Shown: piece after piece, positions 48,850-59,521 of the stretch | How the letters are laid out: each line of letters opens with the position of its first letter | Position numbering within the stretch: the first letter of the stretch is position 1 | Assembly (NCBI GenBank): GCA_038109055.1 | Contig: JAYNIM010000008.1 | Span: 30,866-94,865, forward strand | Direction: 5' to 3' | Length of the DNA: 64,000 nt | Origin: a bacterium | GTDB lineage: Bacteria; Margulisbacteria; Marinamargulisbacteria; GCA-2716485; JAYNIM01 | Position numbers and translations under genes: made by a program | The notes under the pieces: generated by a model | The model's database searches: none | The model's input: the letters and a program-made list of their open reading frames with translations, nothing else | What the model was told of the DNA's origin: nothing

Positions 48850-49971
48850 TTAATATGTGCGTGATACGGGGGATCCCTGTATCCAAAAATCAGGACCACA
48901 TTTTTTAATGGATATATTCTGAACAGAAACCGCATGGTCCAAACTTAAAAAATGATTGACAGAAAAAGGAGATAAGGCGGCAGAACCAGCAATCAATGTA
49001 GGGGCCATAAAAATGTTTAAGGAATCAACAACACCTGCTGCCAAGGCTGAAGAAAAAAGTTGCTGACCACCTTCAATTAAGAGTGAACAAATACCGTCTT
49101 TATAACAGTGGGATAAAAAGGACTCCCAGTTCAAATAGCCATCTTTTTCAATGATCGGCAAAAAAGTAACATGGGGATTTCGTTGTAAAGTGGAAGAAAA
49201 AGCTGTTTTTTTACAGACAAGACAGACCGGAGCACCTTTTAAAATCAACGCCGTATCCGGGCAGTGCAAATCAGGATCAACGATATATTTAATGGGGTTT
49301 TCATAGTCATTTCCTAGTAATCGATAGCGAACATTTAAGTGAGGGTCATCTTGCAAAACAGTGCCAATACCAATCATCACAGCTTGTGTTTCACGTCGCA
49401 AGCGATGGACCATTTTTAAACTTTCTTTACTAGTAATATAGCAGCTATCACGATTACTTGGGGCAATTTTACCATCCAAACTCATGCCCATTTTCAAACT
49501 TACAAAAGGCAAATTATGTTCGTGGTTTTTAAAAAAAACATGATTGAGAGCTCTTGCCTCTTGAGCACATAGGCCTTCTTCAACATCAATGCCAGCTGAT
49601 CGTAGTGCAGCGATAGAACTATGGGCCTGAACCAATGGATTTGGGTCCTTCACTGCAAAAACAACCCGGCGAATACCTGCCCGAATAATAGCGTCTATAC
49701 ACGGAGGGGTAGCGGATTGGATACTACACGGTTCAAGCGTCACCATCAGATGCTGTCCTTCAGCCAAAGAACCCGCTTCGTTTAAGGCAATAACCTCAGC
49801 ATGAGGCCCTCCTGCCTTTTGGTGACTACCGATGCCGAGTATCTCTTGATTAGCATTATAAACAGCTGCCGCAACCATGGGGTTTGGATAGGTGAGTCCT
49901 TTTCGACGCGCAGCCAAGGTTAACAACTTTTTCATAAGTTGTTTTTCAAATTTGTCAAAAGGGTAAGTCAT
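48850..49971 (-). CDS. ribD: Riboflavin biosynthesis deaminase/reductase
   Basis: PNPMVAA, HAEVIAL, TLEPC...PPC, SLDGKIA, DDPHL and LLIEGG. Start reassigned to ATG 49971 (GGGGAG SD). Confidence 0.95.
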   Translation of the reverse strand: MTYPFDKFEKQLMKKLLTLAARRKGLTYPNPMVAAAVYNANQEILGIGSHQKAGGPHAEVIALNEAGSLAEGQHLMVTLEPCSIQSATPPCIDAIIRAGIRRVVFAVKDPNPLVQAHSSIAALRSAGIDVEEGLCAQEARALNHVFFKNHEHNLPFVSLKMGMSLDGKIAPSNRDSCYITSKESLKMVHRLRRETQAVMIGIGTVLQDDPHLNVRYRLLGNDYENPIKYIVDPDLHCPDTALILKGAPVCLVCKKTAFSSTLQRNPHVTFLPIIEKDGYLNWESFLSHCYKDGICSLLIEGGQQLFSSALAAGVVDSLNIFMAPTLIAGSAALSPFSVNHFLSLDHAVSVQNISIKKCGPDFWIQGSPVSRTY

Positions 49972-51667
49972 CAGTCTCCCCTTTAGTAATCGTAGATACT
50001 TTCTTTTCATACGCTTTTTCATCATTAAAAAAGATCGTAACAACTCCCTGAAGTTCAAGTTCAAAAGACAAGGTAGTGACATTACCAGGTGCATGAAAGT
50101 CTTCGTAAATTTTTTGAAAATGGTCCTGATCTTTAAAATATATACTTACTTTTTGAGCTTCCCAGTCAGGCAGCACCATAAATTTCATTTTAATATGCCT
50201 GGTATGGCTACGCCGCTTAAAAAAATCAAAATGGCCACGGCTATGCCACACTTCAATAGGAAATCCCTTGCTTAAAATCAAGGTAATATTACCACTAGCA
50301 TTGAGTAAATGGTTTGGGCTTGGAGATTGACCAATAACATAATTTTCAGCGTATAAATTAGAAAATTCATGCTGCGTATCAGAAACCCTTAAAGAAAGAT
50401 CCTCTAAATACTGACGTGCCTGCAAATCAGACATGCCCTGTAAGTCAGGCACGCGAATGTCAGCCAACCCTTTCGAAATAAAAAGCCGAAGATGTCGGTT
50501 TTGCTTAACCAGTCGCCCAGCGGGGGGCTTGCTACTATGAATATGGTTTTTAGGGATGTTCGAACTAACATAACTCCCAACAATTTTAAAATGAAAGCCA
50601 TGTTCGTGCAGAAGCGTACTCGCTTCTTTTTGGGATAACCCTGCCAAATAAGGAACACGAAGAGTAGGGATTGCCGTGACATAAAAAATATAAAATCCAT
50701 ACATAACAGCAACAGAAAGAAAGACAAGCGTCGCCAAAGTTCCCCAAAATAAACATTGTTTAAAACGGAGATTTTTTTCTAAATTCAAACGATCAAGTAA
50801 AGATTGTTGAAGAATGTATTCTTTATTAGAAAAAGGATTTTTATTTAAAGAGTTTTTTTTATAAGCAGCGAGTAAATTTTGAAAGGAAGAATAACGGTTT
50901 TGAGGGTCTAATTTGAGACATGTAGAAACAATATAAGTAATTTGTTGGGGCAAGCTAGTATGGCAGGGACGAAATGGAGAGGGGCCTGCAATCAACGCAT
51001 TTTTGGTTTCATCAATAGAAAGACTATCTTCATAAGGCCATTGACGACTAAAAAAGTAATAAAGCAAAACCCCAAAACTATAAAGGTCAGAGCGAGAATC
51101 TAAGCGACGATGAAGATAAAGTTCAGGCGCATAAAATAAGGTATCATCCAAATACGCAAGATTGGCTGATTGTGCTTGTAATATCAAAGAAGGTATGATC
51201 ACACGTGCTACGCAAATCTCATTCGATGGTAATACATATAAATTAGACAGAGATAAGCAACCAAAAAATAATTGATTCTCTTCTAGATATGTTCCCAAAC
51301 GCAGCAATTTAGAACTAAATTTCCACAAGGTATTCAATGGCCATTTATTTTGTTTTGCTAGCCAGACATCCAAGCAAATAGCCGCCGAAAAGTCAGGGTG
51401 AACAGTATAAAAAACATCTCCATCATACCCATAATCTAAAAGACCAAGAAGCTGAGGATGGTGGAGCGACATTAATTGATCTGCACATCGAATAAGGTCT
51501 TTAATAAGCGTATTGTTTAATAAACTTTTACGATAGCAAATGACCAAACAGGGGGTCTGTGTAGCCTTAAGAGAGGCCAAAAACCAAAATCCAAAAACAT
51601 CTTCTTTAATCAGTGTTTTTAAATATAGTTTTTCATTAAGTACGGTAGACTTACGACTCTTTTTCAT
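49955..51667 (-). CDS. PknB/PrkC-like membrane pseudokinase with two PASTA domains
   Basis: LHHP, YAPE and DSRSDLYSFG are retained, followed by a TM helix and PASTA-like VPYLAG/VPDLQG...QSPSP. HRD and DFG are absent. Confidence 0.82.
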   Translation of the reverse strand: MKKSRKSTVLNEKLYLKTLIKEDVFGFWFLASLKATQTPCLVICYRKSLLNNTLIKDLIRCADQLMSLHHPQLLGLLDYGYDGDVFYTVHPDFSAAICLDVWLAKQNKWPLNTLWKFSSKLLRLGTYLEENQLFFGCLSLSNLYVLPSNEICVARVIIPSLILQAQSANLAYLDDTLFYAPELYLHRRLDSRSDLYSFGVLLYYFFSRQWPYEDSLSIDETKNALIAGPSPFRPCHTSLPQQITYIVSTCLKLDPQNRYSSFQNLLAAYKKNSLNKNPFSNKEYILQQSLLDRLNLEKNLRFKQCLFWGTLATLVFLSVAVMYGFYIFYVTAIPTLRVPYLAGLSQKEASTLLHEHGFHFKIVGSYVSSNIPKNHIHSSKPPAGRLVKQNRHLRLFISKGLADIRVPDLQGMSDLQARQYLEDLSLRVSDTQHEFSNLYAENYVIGQSPSPNHLLNASGNITLILSKGFPIEVWHSRGHFDFFKRRSHTRHIKMKFMVLPDWEAQKVSIYFKDQDHFQKIYEDFHAPGNVTTLSFELELQGVVTIFFNDEKAYEKKVSTITKGETDDLPF

Positions 51668-52664
51668 AAGAAGAAGGTATCAATAAAATAGACGGCAGTA
51701 AGCGAGTATCTGAGAAAAGGTAAAGACGTCCTTGAGAAACAGTAAAACCTGCTAAAGAATCATGAATAGAAGAAGCAGCTAGCGTATGAAGAATGGTGCC
51801 CTTGTAAGCATCAATCAACAGGATGTTTTGTTCAAATTGACAGAGGATAAGATTTTTTTCAATGAGCATTTTTTTTACCACAGAAGCAACGGGAAGCGTC
51901 CAGTCTTCAGTAGAGTTATCAACATTAAACGAGCGCAGGTGAGACTTGAGGGGATCATAGTAAATATAATGATACCGTTGACTAATCACAAAAGGACCAT
52001 GCTGCGGAAGAGAGATGGGATCAAGTACTTTTGACGCAATATCAAAGCGCATAAGGCGATCCTTTTTGGTTAATAGGGCAGCCGAGTTCCACACACTAAG
52101 GACCTTCAATTTTTTAGACCATTCACAGGATCCTTTATCAGAGCCATCCAATACATTTAAAAAAGACAAGCGATTTTTTTGGTAACGGACACCCAGGAGC
52201 CCCTGTTGGTTAAAAGAGATAAGCTCTTTAATGGGGAGAGTAAGTTCTTTCGTCCACAAGTGATGGCCCGTTAAAAAGTCCAAACAACCAACGGTATTTT
52301 TTTGCCAGTAAAAAATATAGGGATACTGTAAAACAAAAGAGTCAATTTTTGCCTTTTCTGGCAAAAACAAGGCATCACCAGTGTCTGTATGATATGCCCG
52401 AAGATATTGTTGAGGACTACACAAAAAAAGGTGATTAAAAGCAATTTTAACGTCAGTACGTGGATGTATATCGATGTCCCACACTCTTTGGCCGTTTAAG
52501 GTGTATTTACTAAGAATATTAGAAGACGGACGGACAAAAAAATGATCAGCATAATATAAGGGGGTAGATTCGAAAGGTAAAGGGGGAGAGGCTGAAACAC
52601 AGAAGTTACAAAGACAAAAAGAAAGCACGGGGAAAAGGAGCAGTAGCTGCTTTATAAAGCCCAT
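51651..52664 (-). CDS. Exported PQQ-like beta-propeller protein
   Basis: Signal-peptide-like N-terminus; repeated blades such as NGQRVW, DFLTGHHLW, DAYKGTI. Confidence 0.7.
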   Translation of the reverse strand: MGFIKQLLLLFPVLSFCLCNFCVSASPPLPFESTPLYYADHFFVRPSSNILSKYTLNGQRVWDIDIHPRTDVKIAFNHLFLCSPQQYLRAYHTDTGDALFLPEKAKIDSFVLQYPYIFYWQKNTVGCLDFLTGHHLWTKELTLPIKELISFNQQGLLGVRYQKNRLSFLNVLDGSDKGSCEWSKKLKVLSVWNSAALLTKKDRLMRFDIASKVLDPISLPQHGPFVISQRYHYIYYDPLKSHLRSFNVDNSTEDWTLPVASVVKKMLIEKNLILCQFEQNILLIDAYKGTILHTLAASSIHDSLAGFTVSQGRLYLFSDTRLLPSILLIPSSYEKES

Positions 52665-52671
52665 ATTCGTA

Positions 52672-53079
52672 TTATCGCTTTTTTTGTTTCTTAACGATGC
52701 CTTGCTTTTTTTTCTGTTGACGCCTTAAATCAATGTGTTTTGCTTCAGCACGTTTCATGAAACTAGAAAGCTTATACTCAAAATTACCATCCTTAGGCGC
52801 TGAAGATACTGCTTTAGGGGTGACAGGGTTTTCTTTTTCCTTCACTTGTTTCATCGATAGTTCTAGTTTGCCTTGTTTATTCCTAGAAACCACCTTAACA
52901 GTCACGTCATCACCCAATGACACATATTCCTCTATATTAGAGATATAATCATGAGATAATTCTGAAATATGAACCAAACCAACTTCGGTGTTTTCTAGTT
53001 TAACAAAGGCCCCAAACTTAGTGACATTGGTGACTTCCCCTTTTAAAATTTGACCAATAAGTGAATCTTCGTCAGCCAT
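52672..53079 (-). CDS. S1 RNA-binding domain protein (YabR/YugI-like) with a basic tail
   Basis: GEVTNVTKFGAFV, GLVHISE, LELSMK and FEYKLSSFMK. Confidence 0.9.
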   Translation of the reverse strand: MADEDSLIGQILKGEVTNVTKFGAFVKLENTEVGLVHISELSHDYISNIEEYVSLGDDVTVKVVSRNKQGKLELSMKQVKEKENPVTPKAVSSAPKDGNFEYKLSSFMKRAEAKHIDLRRQQKKKQGIVKKQKKR

Positions 53080-53082
53080 GAT

Positions 53083-53340
53083 TTATAAAGAAGCGGGGCT
53101 CTCAATCTGTTTAATAGACAGTTCCAATTTTCCCTGAGGGTTTCTAGAGACAACTTTAACCTTTACAGATTCATTGACAGAAAGGTGGTCTTCTATATTA
53201 GAAACAAAATCTTTGGATATTTCCGAAATATGAACCAACCCAACCTCACCATTGGGCAACTTAATAAACGCCCCAAATTTAACAATATTATTGACCGAGC
53301 CTTCAACAATTTGACCAATAATAGATTCAGATTCATTCAT
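53083..53340 (-). CDS. Stand-alone S1 RNA-binding domain protein
   Basis: GSVNNIVKFGAFI, GLVHISEI and LELSIK; GAGG SD. Confidence 0.9.
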   Translation of the reverse strand: MNESESIIGQIVEGSVNNIVKFGAFIKLPNGEVGLVHISEISKDFVSNIEDHLSVNESVKVKVVSRNPQGKLELSIKQIESPASL

Positions 53341-53361
53341 ATATATGTACTACCTCACAAA

Positions 53362-53655
53362 TTAAAAAAATAAATAAACGTGTTCATCATGATAACTAAA
53401 ACTGAGCCGTTTTTTAATACTATATTCCAAAAATGACAGATCTTCTAGCATCATCAGTGTTTTAGTTAAATCATGCTCAACTTGATAGGCCTGCCGTAAG
53501 GAAAGTAACGTCGTCTCATACTTGTCACAGAAGGCATTATAACGAAAAATGTTTTTTATTCCAATAAGAAAAAAATAACAAAATAAAACAATAGATAAGA
53601 GAAAAAAGAGATAACGAGTAAAAGAACTAGACCGCAACACGAGAAAAAGCAGCAT
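53362..53655 (-). CDS. FtsB/DivIC-like septum formation protein (start uncertain)
   Basis: TM helix, coiled coil, then [20 protein letters not shown], similar to the E..AR..L...GE..Y motif. It lies directly after eno. Confidence 0.65.
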   Translation of the reverse strand: MLLFLVLRSSSFTRYLFFLLSIVLFCYFFLIGIKNIFRYNAFCDKYETTLLSLRQAYQVEHDLTKTLMMLEDLSFLEYSIKKRLSFSYHDEHVYLFF

Positions 53656-54907
53656 TGCCAAGGTAGTGAGCAGAGGAACCCAAGGCAGATTCGATACGAA
53701 GAAGCTGGTTATATTTCGCTGTACGTTCACCACGAGACAAAGACCCTGTTTTGATTTGACCAGAAGTGGTACCAACAGCCAAATCAGCAATAAACGTATC
53801 TTCACTTTCACCAGAGCGATGAGAAATGATGCAGCCAAAGGCATGTTGCTGGGCCATATTAATGGTGGTTAAGGTTTCACTAAGGGTCCCAATTTGATTG
53901 GGTTTAATTAAAATAGCGTTGGCACTTTTTTCTTGAACACCACGGCGTAAATAAGCAGGGTTAGTCACAAAAAGGTCATCCCCAACTATTTGAACATCCT
54001 GACCCAAGCGCTGTGTTAAGGTGCCCCAGTGCTCCCAGTCTGACTCATCCAAGGGATCTTCGATAGAGCAGATAGGATATGACGAGCAAATCTCCACGTA
54101 ATAGTCGATAAGTTCGGGTGCTGAAAGAGTACGTTCCTCACCTTTTAAATGATAGCGATCATTCTTAAAGAATTCACTAGCCGCTACATCTAAGGCAATC
54201 GAAATATCTTTTCCTGGTTCATATCCCGCCTTATCAATCGCCTTCATCAAAAAATCAATGCCAGTTCGGTTATTTTTTAAATTTGGGGCAAACCCACCTT
54301 CATCCCCCACTGCAGTTATAAAATTTTCTTGTGTAAGCAATGTTTTAAGTGAATGAAAGACTTCAGCCCCCATACGAAGGGCATCAGCAAAAGAAGAAGC
54401 CCCATTTGGGACAATCATAAATTCTTGGAAATCAATCGAGTTATCAGCGTGGGCCCCTCCGTTAAGAACATTCATTAACGGAACAGGTAAGGTGGTGCCT
54501 GGACCTAGATGGCGATAGAGAGGTTTTTGTTGACACAAGGCAGCAACTTTAGCCACGGCCAGTGAAACAGACAAAAGAGCATTTGCGCCTAATTTTGATT
54601 TATTGTCTGTACCATCTAATGCTAGTAAGCGATCATCAATCCCTTGTTGGTTAAGACTGTCCCACCCGACTAAAGCAGGAGCAATAATTTGATTAACATG
54701 AGAAACAGCTTGCAAAACACCTTTGCCAAAATAACGATTAGAATCACCATCTCTTAATTCAATCGCTTCTCTAGATCCGGTAGATGCTCCCGAAGGAACG
54801 ACCGCCCAGGCGTGTAACCCGTTTTTACAAACAACCACAGCCTCAACTGTAGGAGTGCCTCTAGAATCAAGAACTTCACGCGCTTCTATACGTTGAATTT
54901 CAGTCAT
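53627..54907 (-). CDS. eno: Enolase
   Basis: [34 protein letters not shown] and SHRSGE. Confidence 0.98.
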   Translation of the reverse strand: MTEIQRIEAREVLDSRGTPTVEAVVVCKNGLHAWAVVPSGASTGSREAIELRDGDSNRYFGKGVLQAVSHVNQIIAPALVGWDSLNQQGIDDRLLALDGTDNKSKLGANALLSVSLAVAKVAALCQQKPLYRHLGPGTTLPVPLMNVLNGGAHADNSIDFQEFMIVPNGASSFADALRMGAEVFHSLKTLLTQENFITAVGDEGGFAPNLKNNRTGIDFLMKAIDKAGYEPGKDISIALDVAASEFFKNDRYHLKGEERTLSAPELIDYYVEICSSYPICSIEDPLDESDWEHWGTLTQRLGQDVQIVGDDLFVTNPAYLRRGVQEKSANAILIKPNQIGTLSETLTTINMAQQHAFGCIISHRSGESEDTFIADLAVGTTSGQIKTGSLSRGERTAKYNQLLRIESALGSSAHYLGNAAFSRVAV

Positions 54908-54952
54908 ATGAAAATTCTAACAAAATATAGATGAAATTAAAAATAATAACAG

Positions 54953-56935
54953 TCATTTTTTAACACGAGCAGGACTCTTGAGAGAAACGCCTTGATGATC
55001 AAGGATCAATTGACAGGCCTGTAAATGGGCATCACCATAACGTTTGAGTCTATTAACAACGTCAGGAAAGTCATTTTTATAGTCACGAGTATCCTGAGAA
55101 CGATACTTGTAAAGTTTTAATCGTTTATCTAAAAAGGAGATAAGTAACCAAGTGTCGTCAATAACGGCATATTTATCATCGCCATTAAAGTAGATAGCAG
55201 GCCGTTTTTCTTGTAACAAGTCGATACCAAATGTATGGTTTTCATAGGGAATCTTCAATAAGCCCAAAAGAGTGGGGCCAACATCAATTTGACCGCCAAT
55301 AGCCGCAATTTTGTCTGCTCTTTTAAAGATATGGGGGGCATAGATGATAAAGGGAGTATGGGTAAAGCTTAAGGGAATTTCATAGCGGACAGACATCGGG
55401 ACCCCATGATCAGCAATAAAGACAAAGATCGTATCAGAGTACCAGGGCTCTTTTTTAGCACGATTCATGAAGGTTTGGATGGACCAATCAGCATATTCAA
55501 CAATTTGATTTTTTATCTCTGTAGATTGAGGGGTAAAATAATTTGGGACATGGTAAGGGCCATGGTCACTAGACGTCATCAATGTAGCAAAAAAGGGGGA
55601 ACTGTTTTTTGCAATATGGGTGATTTTGGGGATAGCAAAGTTAAACATATAGTCATCCGGAACCCCCAAAATTGAGACAACTTTATCGGGAGGGTAATCT
55701 TTCTTGCAGAAAATTTTATCAAAGGCATTAGATCTCAAAAAACCACCGATATTATCAAATTGATCATCATGAGTTGTAAAGTAAACATTATAGTAGCCAT
55801 TTTCTGACAAAACATGAGGGAGCGCATAATATGTCGGGATAGGAACTTTTTTCATAGGGTGTTGTCGGAAAAGAGAAGGGAACGAAAATAGGGTGCCATA
55901 CACGCCATTGAAGGTATGGATGCCTGCTGTATAGATATTGTCAAAGGCAATGCTATCTTGGTAAAGCTGATCAAGAAAGGGGGTTAATTGATGGGAATTT
56001 CCGTAGCGTGTCATTTTATGGGCGCTCATGGACTCCATAATGACCAGAACGATATTGTATTTTTTACCTGGAGGGGAGGCGGGTTGGATCTTGCGTGCAA
56101 TGAAGTTTGGAGGAGAAAGGGGGGAGGGGGAAAGATGATGTCTGACAATCTGCAAAGCTGCTTCATCTGGCATGAGCGAAACACGGAGGTTTTCAGTTTT
56201 TTTGGATAGGAGATAACTTTTTAAAAACGTAAAATTAGCATTAAGTCCCAATTCATTAAGAAAGGGATCATGAAAGATATACGCTGTTCCAACCCGAATA
56301 GGCGATTTGTGTTCAATGCGTCCACGAGCAACAAGAACCATTAGAAGTAAAAATAAAAACGCCAACAAAAGTGTAGGAAGAATAGGCGCATTGCTAGAGC
56401 GTATGAGGATAAAATGGCGCAAACAAATTCGTTTCAATACAAAAGCAAAGCCAGCTAACAACAGAAAGAAAGGGATAAATATGAGCCAATAAAGGGGTTC
56501 TTGAAAAATCATTTTAAGTACAAATAAAGGGCTTTCCTGGATCCATTCCAGAGCAGAAATAGAAAGACGAGAAAAATAATGATTAAAGTAAGGGATATCA
56601 GCAGCAGAAATAATAAAAGAAACACAAAATAGACAGAAGATAAGGCCATACAAAGGAAACAAGACCCACCTGGATTTGAGCCTAAACAATGTAAAAAAGA
56701 TCAGCAAAAGATAGGGGATGACCAACAGATAACTACAGATAACAAGATCAAATCGCAGCCCCATCCAAAAGGCCAGGACAATATCACCCAAAGAACTGTC
56801 TGCTAAAAGGTGGCGAACCCCAACACAAAACAACGCAATACGAAACATAAAAAAAGCCACGGCTCCCAAGAGATAAAGCCTCAAGACAAAGACAAAAGGA
56901 ATCAAAGACGATAAGAAACGTAACTTCACAGGCAA
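54953..56935 (-). CDS. LTA synthase family / phosphoglycerol transferase-like sulfatase
   Basis: About five N-terminal TM helices (GLRFD), then NIVLVIMES, LTPFLD, SDHGPY, YADWS and ADHG. Confidence 0.9.
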   Translation of the reverse strand: MPVKLRFLSSLIPFVFVLRLYLLGAVAFFMFRIALFCVGVRHLLADSSLGDIVLAFWMGLRFDLVICSYLLVIPYLLLIFFTLFRLKSRWVLFPLYGLIFCLFCVSFIISAADIPYFNHYFSRLSISALEWIQESPLFVLKMIFQEPLYWLIFIPFFLLLAGFAFVLKRICLRHFILIRSSNAPILPTLLLAFLFLLLMVLVARGRIEHKSPIRVGTAYIFHDPFLNELGLNANFTFLKSYLLSKKTENLRVSLMPDEAALQIVRHHLSPSPLSPPNFIARKIQPASPPGKKYNIVLVIMESMSAHKMTRYGNSHQLTPFLDQLYQDSIAFDNIYTAGIHTFNGVYGTLFSFPSLFRQHPMKKVPIPTYYALPHVLSENGYYNVYFTTHDDQFDNIGGFLRSNAFDKIFCKKDYPPDKVVSILGVPDDYMFNFAIPKITHIAKNSSPFFATLMTSSDHGPYHVPNYFTPQSTEIKNQIVEYADWSIQTFMNRAKKEPWYSDTIFVFIADHGVPMSVRYEIPLSFTHTPFIIYAPHIFKRADKIAAIGGQIDVGPTLLGLLKIPYENHTFGIDLLQEKRPAIYFNGDDKYAVIDDTWLLISFLDKRLKLYKYRSQDTRDYKNDFPDVVNRLKRYGDAHLQACQLILDHQGVSLKSPARVKK

Positions 56936-56991
56936 AGAGTATGGAAATATAGAAAGGTTGTCAATAACCAGTAAAAGATCCTAGAGAATCG

Positions 56992-58608
56992 TCATTTCAT
57001 CCCTAGAAGTCCTGGTTCATAGTCACGAGGAACCGCAATGCCTAACAACTGGCACAAGGTTGCGGCCACATTAGCCAAACCAGCTCCCTCCGGAATGTTT
57101 AACGCATAGTCACCCTGATACAAGGGATCAACAATAGCAAAGGGGACAGGCGCTAAAGTATGGGCCGTATGAGGGATTTGAATGCCCTTATTTTCTGTAT
57201 ACATCAGGTCACAGTTTCCATGATCTGCTAAAATAACGGTGACGCCTCCCAAGGTGTTCATCGCCTCTAATAAATAGGCAACCTGTTGATCAATCGTTTC
57301 CATTGCAAGGATAGCTGCCTCTAAATTTCCAGTATGTCCCACCATATCACCATTAGGAAAATTAACCCGAGCAAAGTCAAATTTTCCTGTTTTTAACTGG
57401 CGTAACGTCTCCTGAGCAATTTCTTTGGCCTTCATGGCAGGGGCATGATCAAAAGGCAGGGTGTCAGAAGGGATTTCGATATAGGTCTCTAAGCTTTTAT
57501 CCATATAGCCACTTCGGTTGCCATTCCAAAAATAGGTGACATGGCCGTATTTTTGCGTTTCAGAAATAGCTAAAGTTCGCAGAGAATGAGCACAAAAATG
57601 TTCACCAAGGGGGTAGTCAATTTTAGGGGGAGACACGAGAAAATGTCTGGGACAACGAGTATCCCCATCATATTGCATCATGCCCACGTACAAAACATTC
57701 GGTCGTTTGTAGCGCTCAAAACGAGTAAATTCATCTTCTTCAAAGGCCTGTGACAATTCAATGGCTCGATCACCACGAAAATTCATCATGACCACGGCAT
57801 CTCCATCCTCAATACAACCTATGGCCTCACCCTCCGAGACGATTGTGAAGGGAGGGATGTATTGATCAATCAACTCAACATCCAGATCGTAAGCAGATTG
57901 AACCGCAGCACTTGCATTCGGATAAGGGTCGGCCTCTCCCAGTACCTGCGCCCGCCATCCTCGTTCGACCATGTCCCATTCTGCATTATAGCGATCCATA
58001 GTCGTGGTCATACGACCACCCCCCGAGGCAATACGAGCGTCACAACCTTGATCGCGCAACACGGCCAAATGAGATTCGAGGCTGTCAATATAGCCTAAAG
58101 CTGAACGGCCCGCCACATCTCGGCCATCCAACAAAATATGACAACGAATACGACGTATGCCATCTTTACAGGCCTGTTGGGTCAAGGCGAATAAGTGATC
58201 GATATGGCTATGGACATTGCCGTCAGACAAGAGCCCAATGGTATGCAAGGTAGAGACATTTTCTCGACAATGCAAACGTAATTTTTTATAGGTAGGAGAG
58301 GTAAAAACATCCATACTATCAAAAGCCTTTTTGACCAATGAGGCCCCTTGATCAAAGACACGGCCTGCTCCCAGAGCATTATGACCCACTTCACTATTTC
58401 CCATATCCGCATCACTGGGCATGCCAACCGCCTTGCCATGCGCCTTAAGTTGGCCAAATAAAGGGCCTGAAAAAACGCGATCCAAGGTAGGTGTTTTTGC
58501 CTGAAAAAAAGCATTCGCAGGCGTCGAGTCACCTAGTCCAACCCCATCTAAAATCAGTAATAACAAGGGACCTGAGCGGCCAGAGGATGAGTCGTTGTTT
58601 GAAGGCAT
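56992..58608 (-). CDS. gpmI: 2,3-bisphosphoglycerate-independent phosphoglycerate mutase
   Basis: ILDGVG, MGNSEVGH, VHSH, DGRD, NFRGDRA, DMVGHTG and ADHGN. Confidence 0.97.
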   Translation of the reverse strand: MPSNNDSSSGRSGPLLLLILDGVGLGDSTPANAFFQAKTPTLDRVFSGPLFGQLKAHGKAVGMPSDADMGNSEVGHNALGAGRVFDQGASLVKKAFDSMDVFTSPTYKKLRLHCRENVSTLHTIGLLSDGNVHSHIDHLFALTQQACKDGIRRIRCHILLDGRDVAGRSALGYIDSLESHLAVLRDQGCDARIASGGGRMTTTMDRYNAEWDMVERGWRAQVLGEADPYPNASAAVQSAYDLDVELIDQYIPPFTIVSEGEAIGCIEDGDAVVMMNFRGDRAIELSQAFEEDEFTRFERYKRPNVLYVGMMQYDGDTRCPRHFLVSPPKIDYPLGEHFCAHSLRTLAISETQKYGHVTYFWNGNRSGYMDKSLETYIEIPSDTLPFDHAPAMKAKEIAQETLRQLKTGKFDFARVNFPNGDMVGHTGNLEAAILAMETIDQQVAYLLEAMNTLGGVTVILADHGNCDLMYTENKGIQIPHTAHTLAPVPFAIVDPLYQGDYALNIPEGAGLANVAATLCQLLGIAVPRDYEPGLLGMK

Positions 58609-58715
58609 AAAGCTAAGTCTACTGGGTTAGACGAGAAAGATAAAGAACCAGATACATAAACAAGCGTCAGAATGTGGTCATGTGGAGCATCTATCCGATA
58701 TGCTAAGCAGGTATT

Positions 58716-59462
58716 ATGAAAAAACTACCCACGGTCAGTGTTGTTCTTACAAGTTGTGAGCGTTTTGATCTGCTTACCCAAACGTTGGATAGCTTCTTAG
58801 AGATGAATACCCATGCAATTGATGAATTTGTTATCATTGAAGATTCTAAAAGAGAAAAAGAATTAAAGCAGATCCTTGTCAATAAACCCAGCTATTTTCG
58901 CTACATCTGCAATGGCCAAAAAATAGGACAGTTACACAGTATCGACAAGGCCTATGCCACCGTTCACTCAGACTACGTTTTTCATATGGAAGATGATTGG
59001 GTGTTTTTAGAAAAAGGCTTTATTGAAAAAGGCTTGATGATACTCGAAAGGTATCCACAGTATTTATCAGTTTGGCTTAGAAATAAAGAAGAGATTCCCG
59101 CCATTTTAGATAGAAATCATTACAGGATCATTAATAACGAACGATATTACATCATTAAAGAACAGGTCTTGGGCTTTGCTCCATCGTTGATAAGCCTCAA
59201 AAACTACAAAAAAGTTGCTCCCTATGCCCAATTTAAGAAACCCATCGAGATAAATATATCAACGCAATACGAAGCCTTAGGTTTTGAAACCCTCATGACA
59301 GATAAACCTTTAGTCAAGCATATTGGCTGGCATCGGCGAGTCATGAATCCTGAAGAAAAGAAACGTTACTCGATTCAATATATGGTGGATAGATGGCTAA
59401 GAACGATTAAGGCCAAAATTTATCAGCGTTTTAAGTTGGGGAAGTTTCGAGAGTCGAACTAA
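58716..59462 (+). CDS. Glycosyltransferase family 2
   Basis: VSVVLTSCERFDLL, IIEDS and FHMEDDW. Confidence 0.85.
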   Translation: MKKLPTVSVVLTSCERFDLLTQTLDSFLEMNTHAIDEFVIIEDSKREKELKQILVNKPSYFRYICNGQKIGQLHSIDKAYATVHSDYVFHMEDDWVFLEKGFIEKGLMILERYPQYLSVWLRNKEEIPAILDRNHYRIINNERYYIIKEQVLGFAPSLISLKNYKKVAPYAQFKKPIEINISTQYEALGFETLMTDKPLVKHIGWHRRVMNPEEKKRYSIQYMVDRWLRTIKAKIYQRFKLGKFRESN

Positions 59463-59521
59463 GAAATATAGAAAAGGGGAGGATCTATGACGGAAAATAA
59501 AATATGCTATAATGTGCTGCC

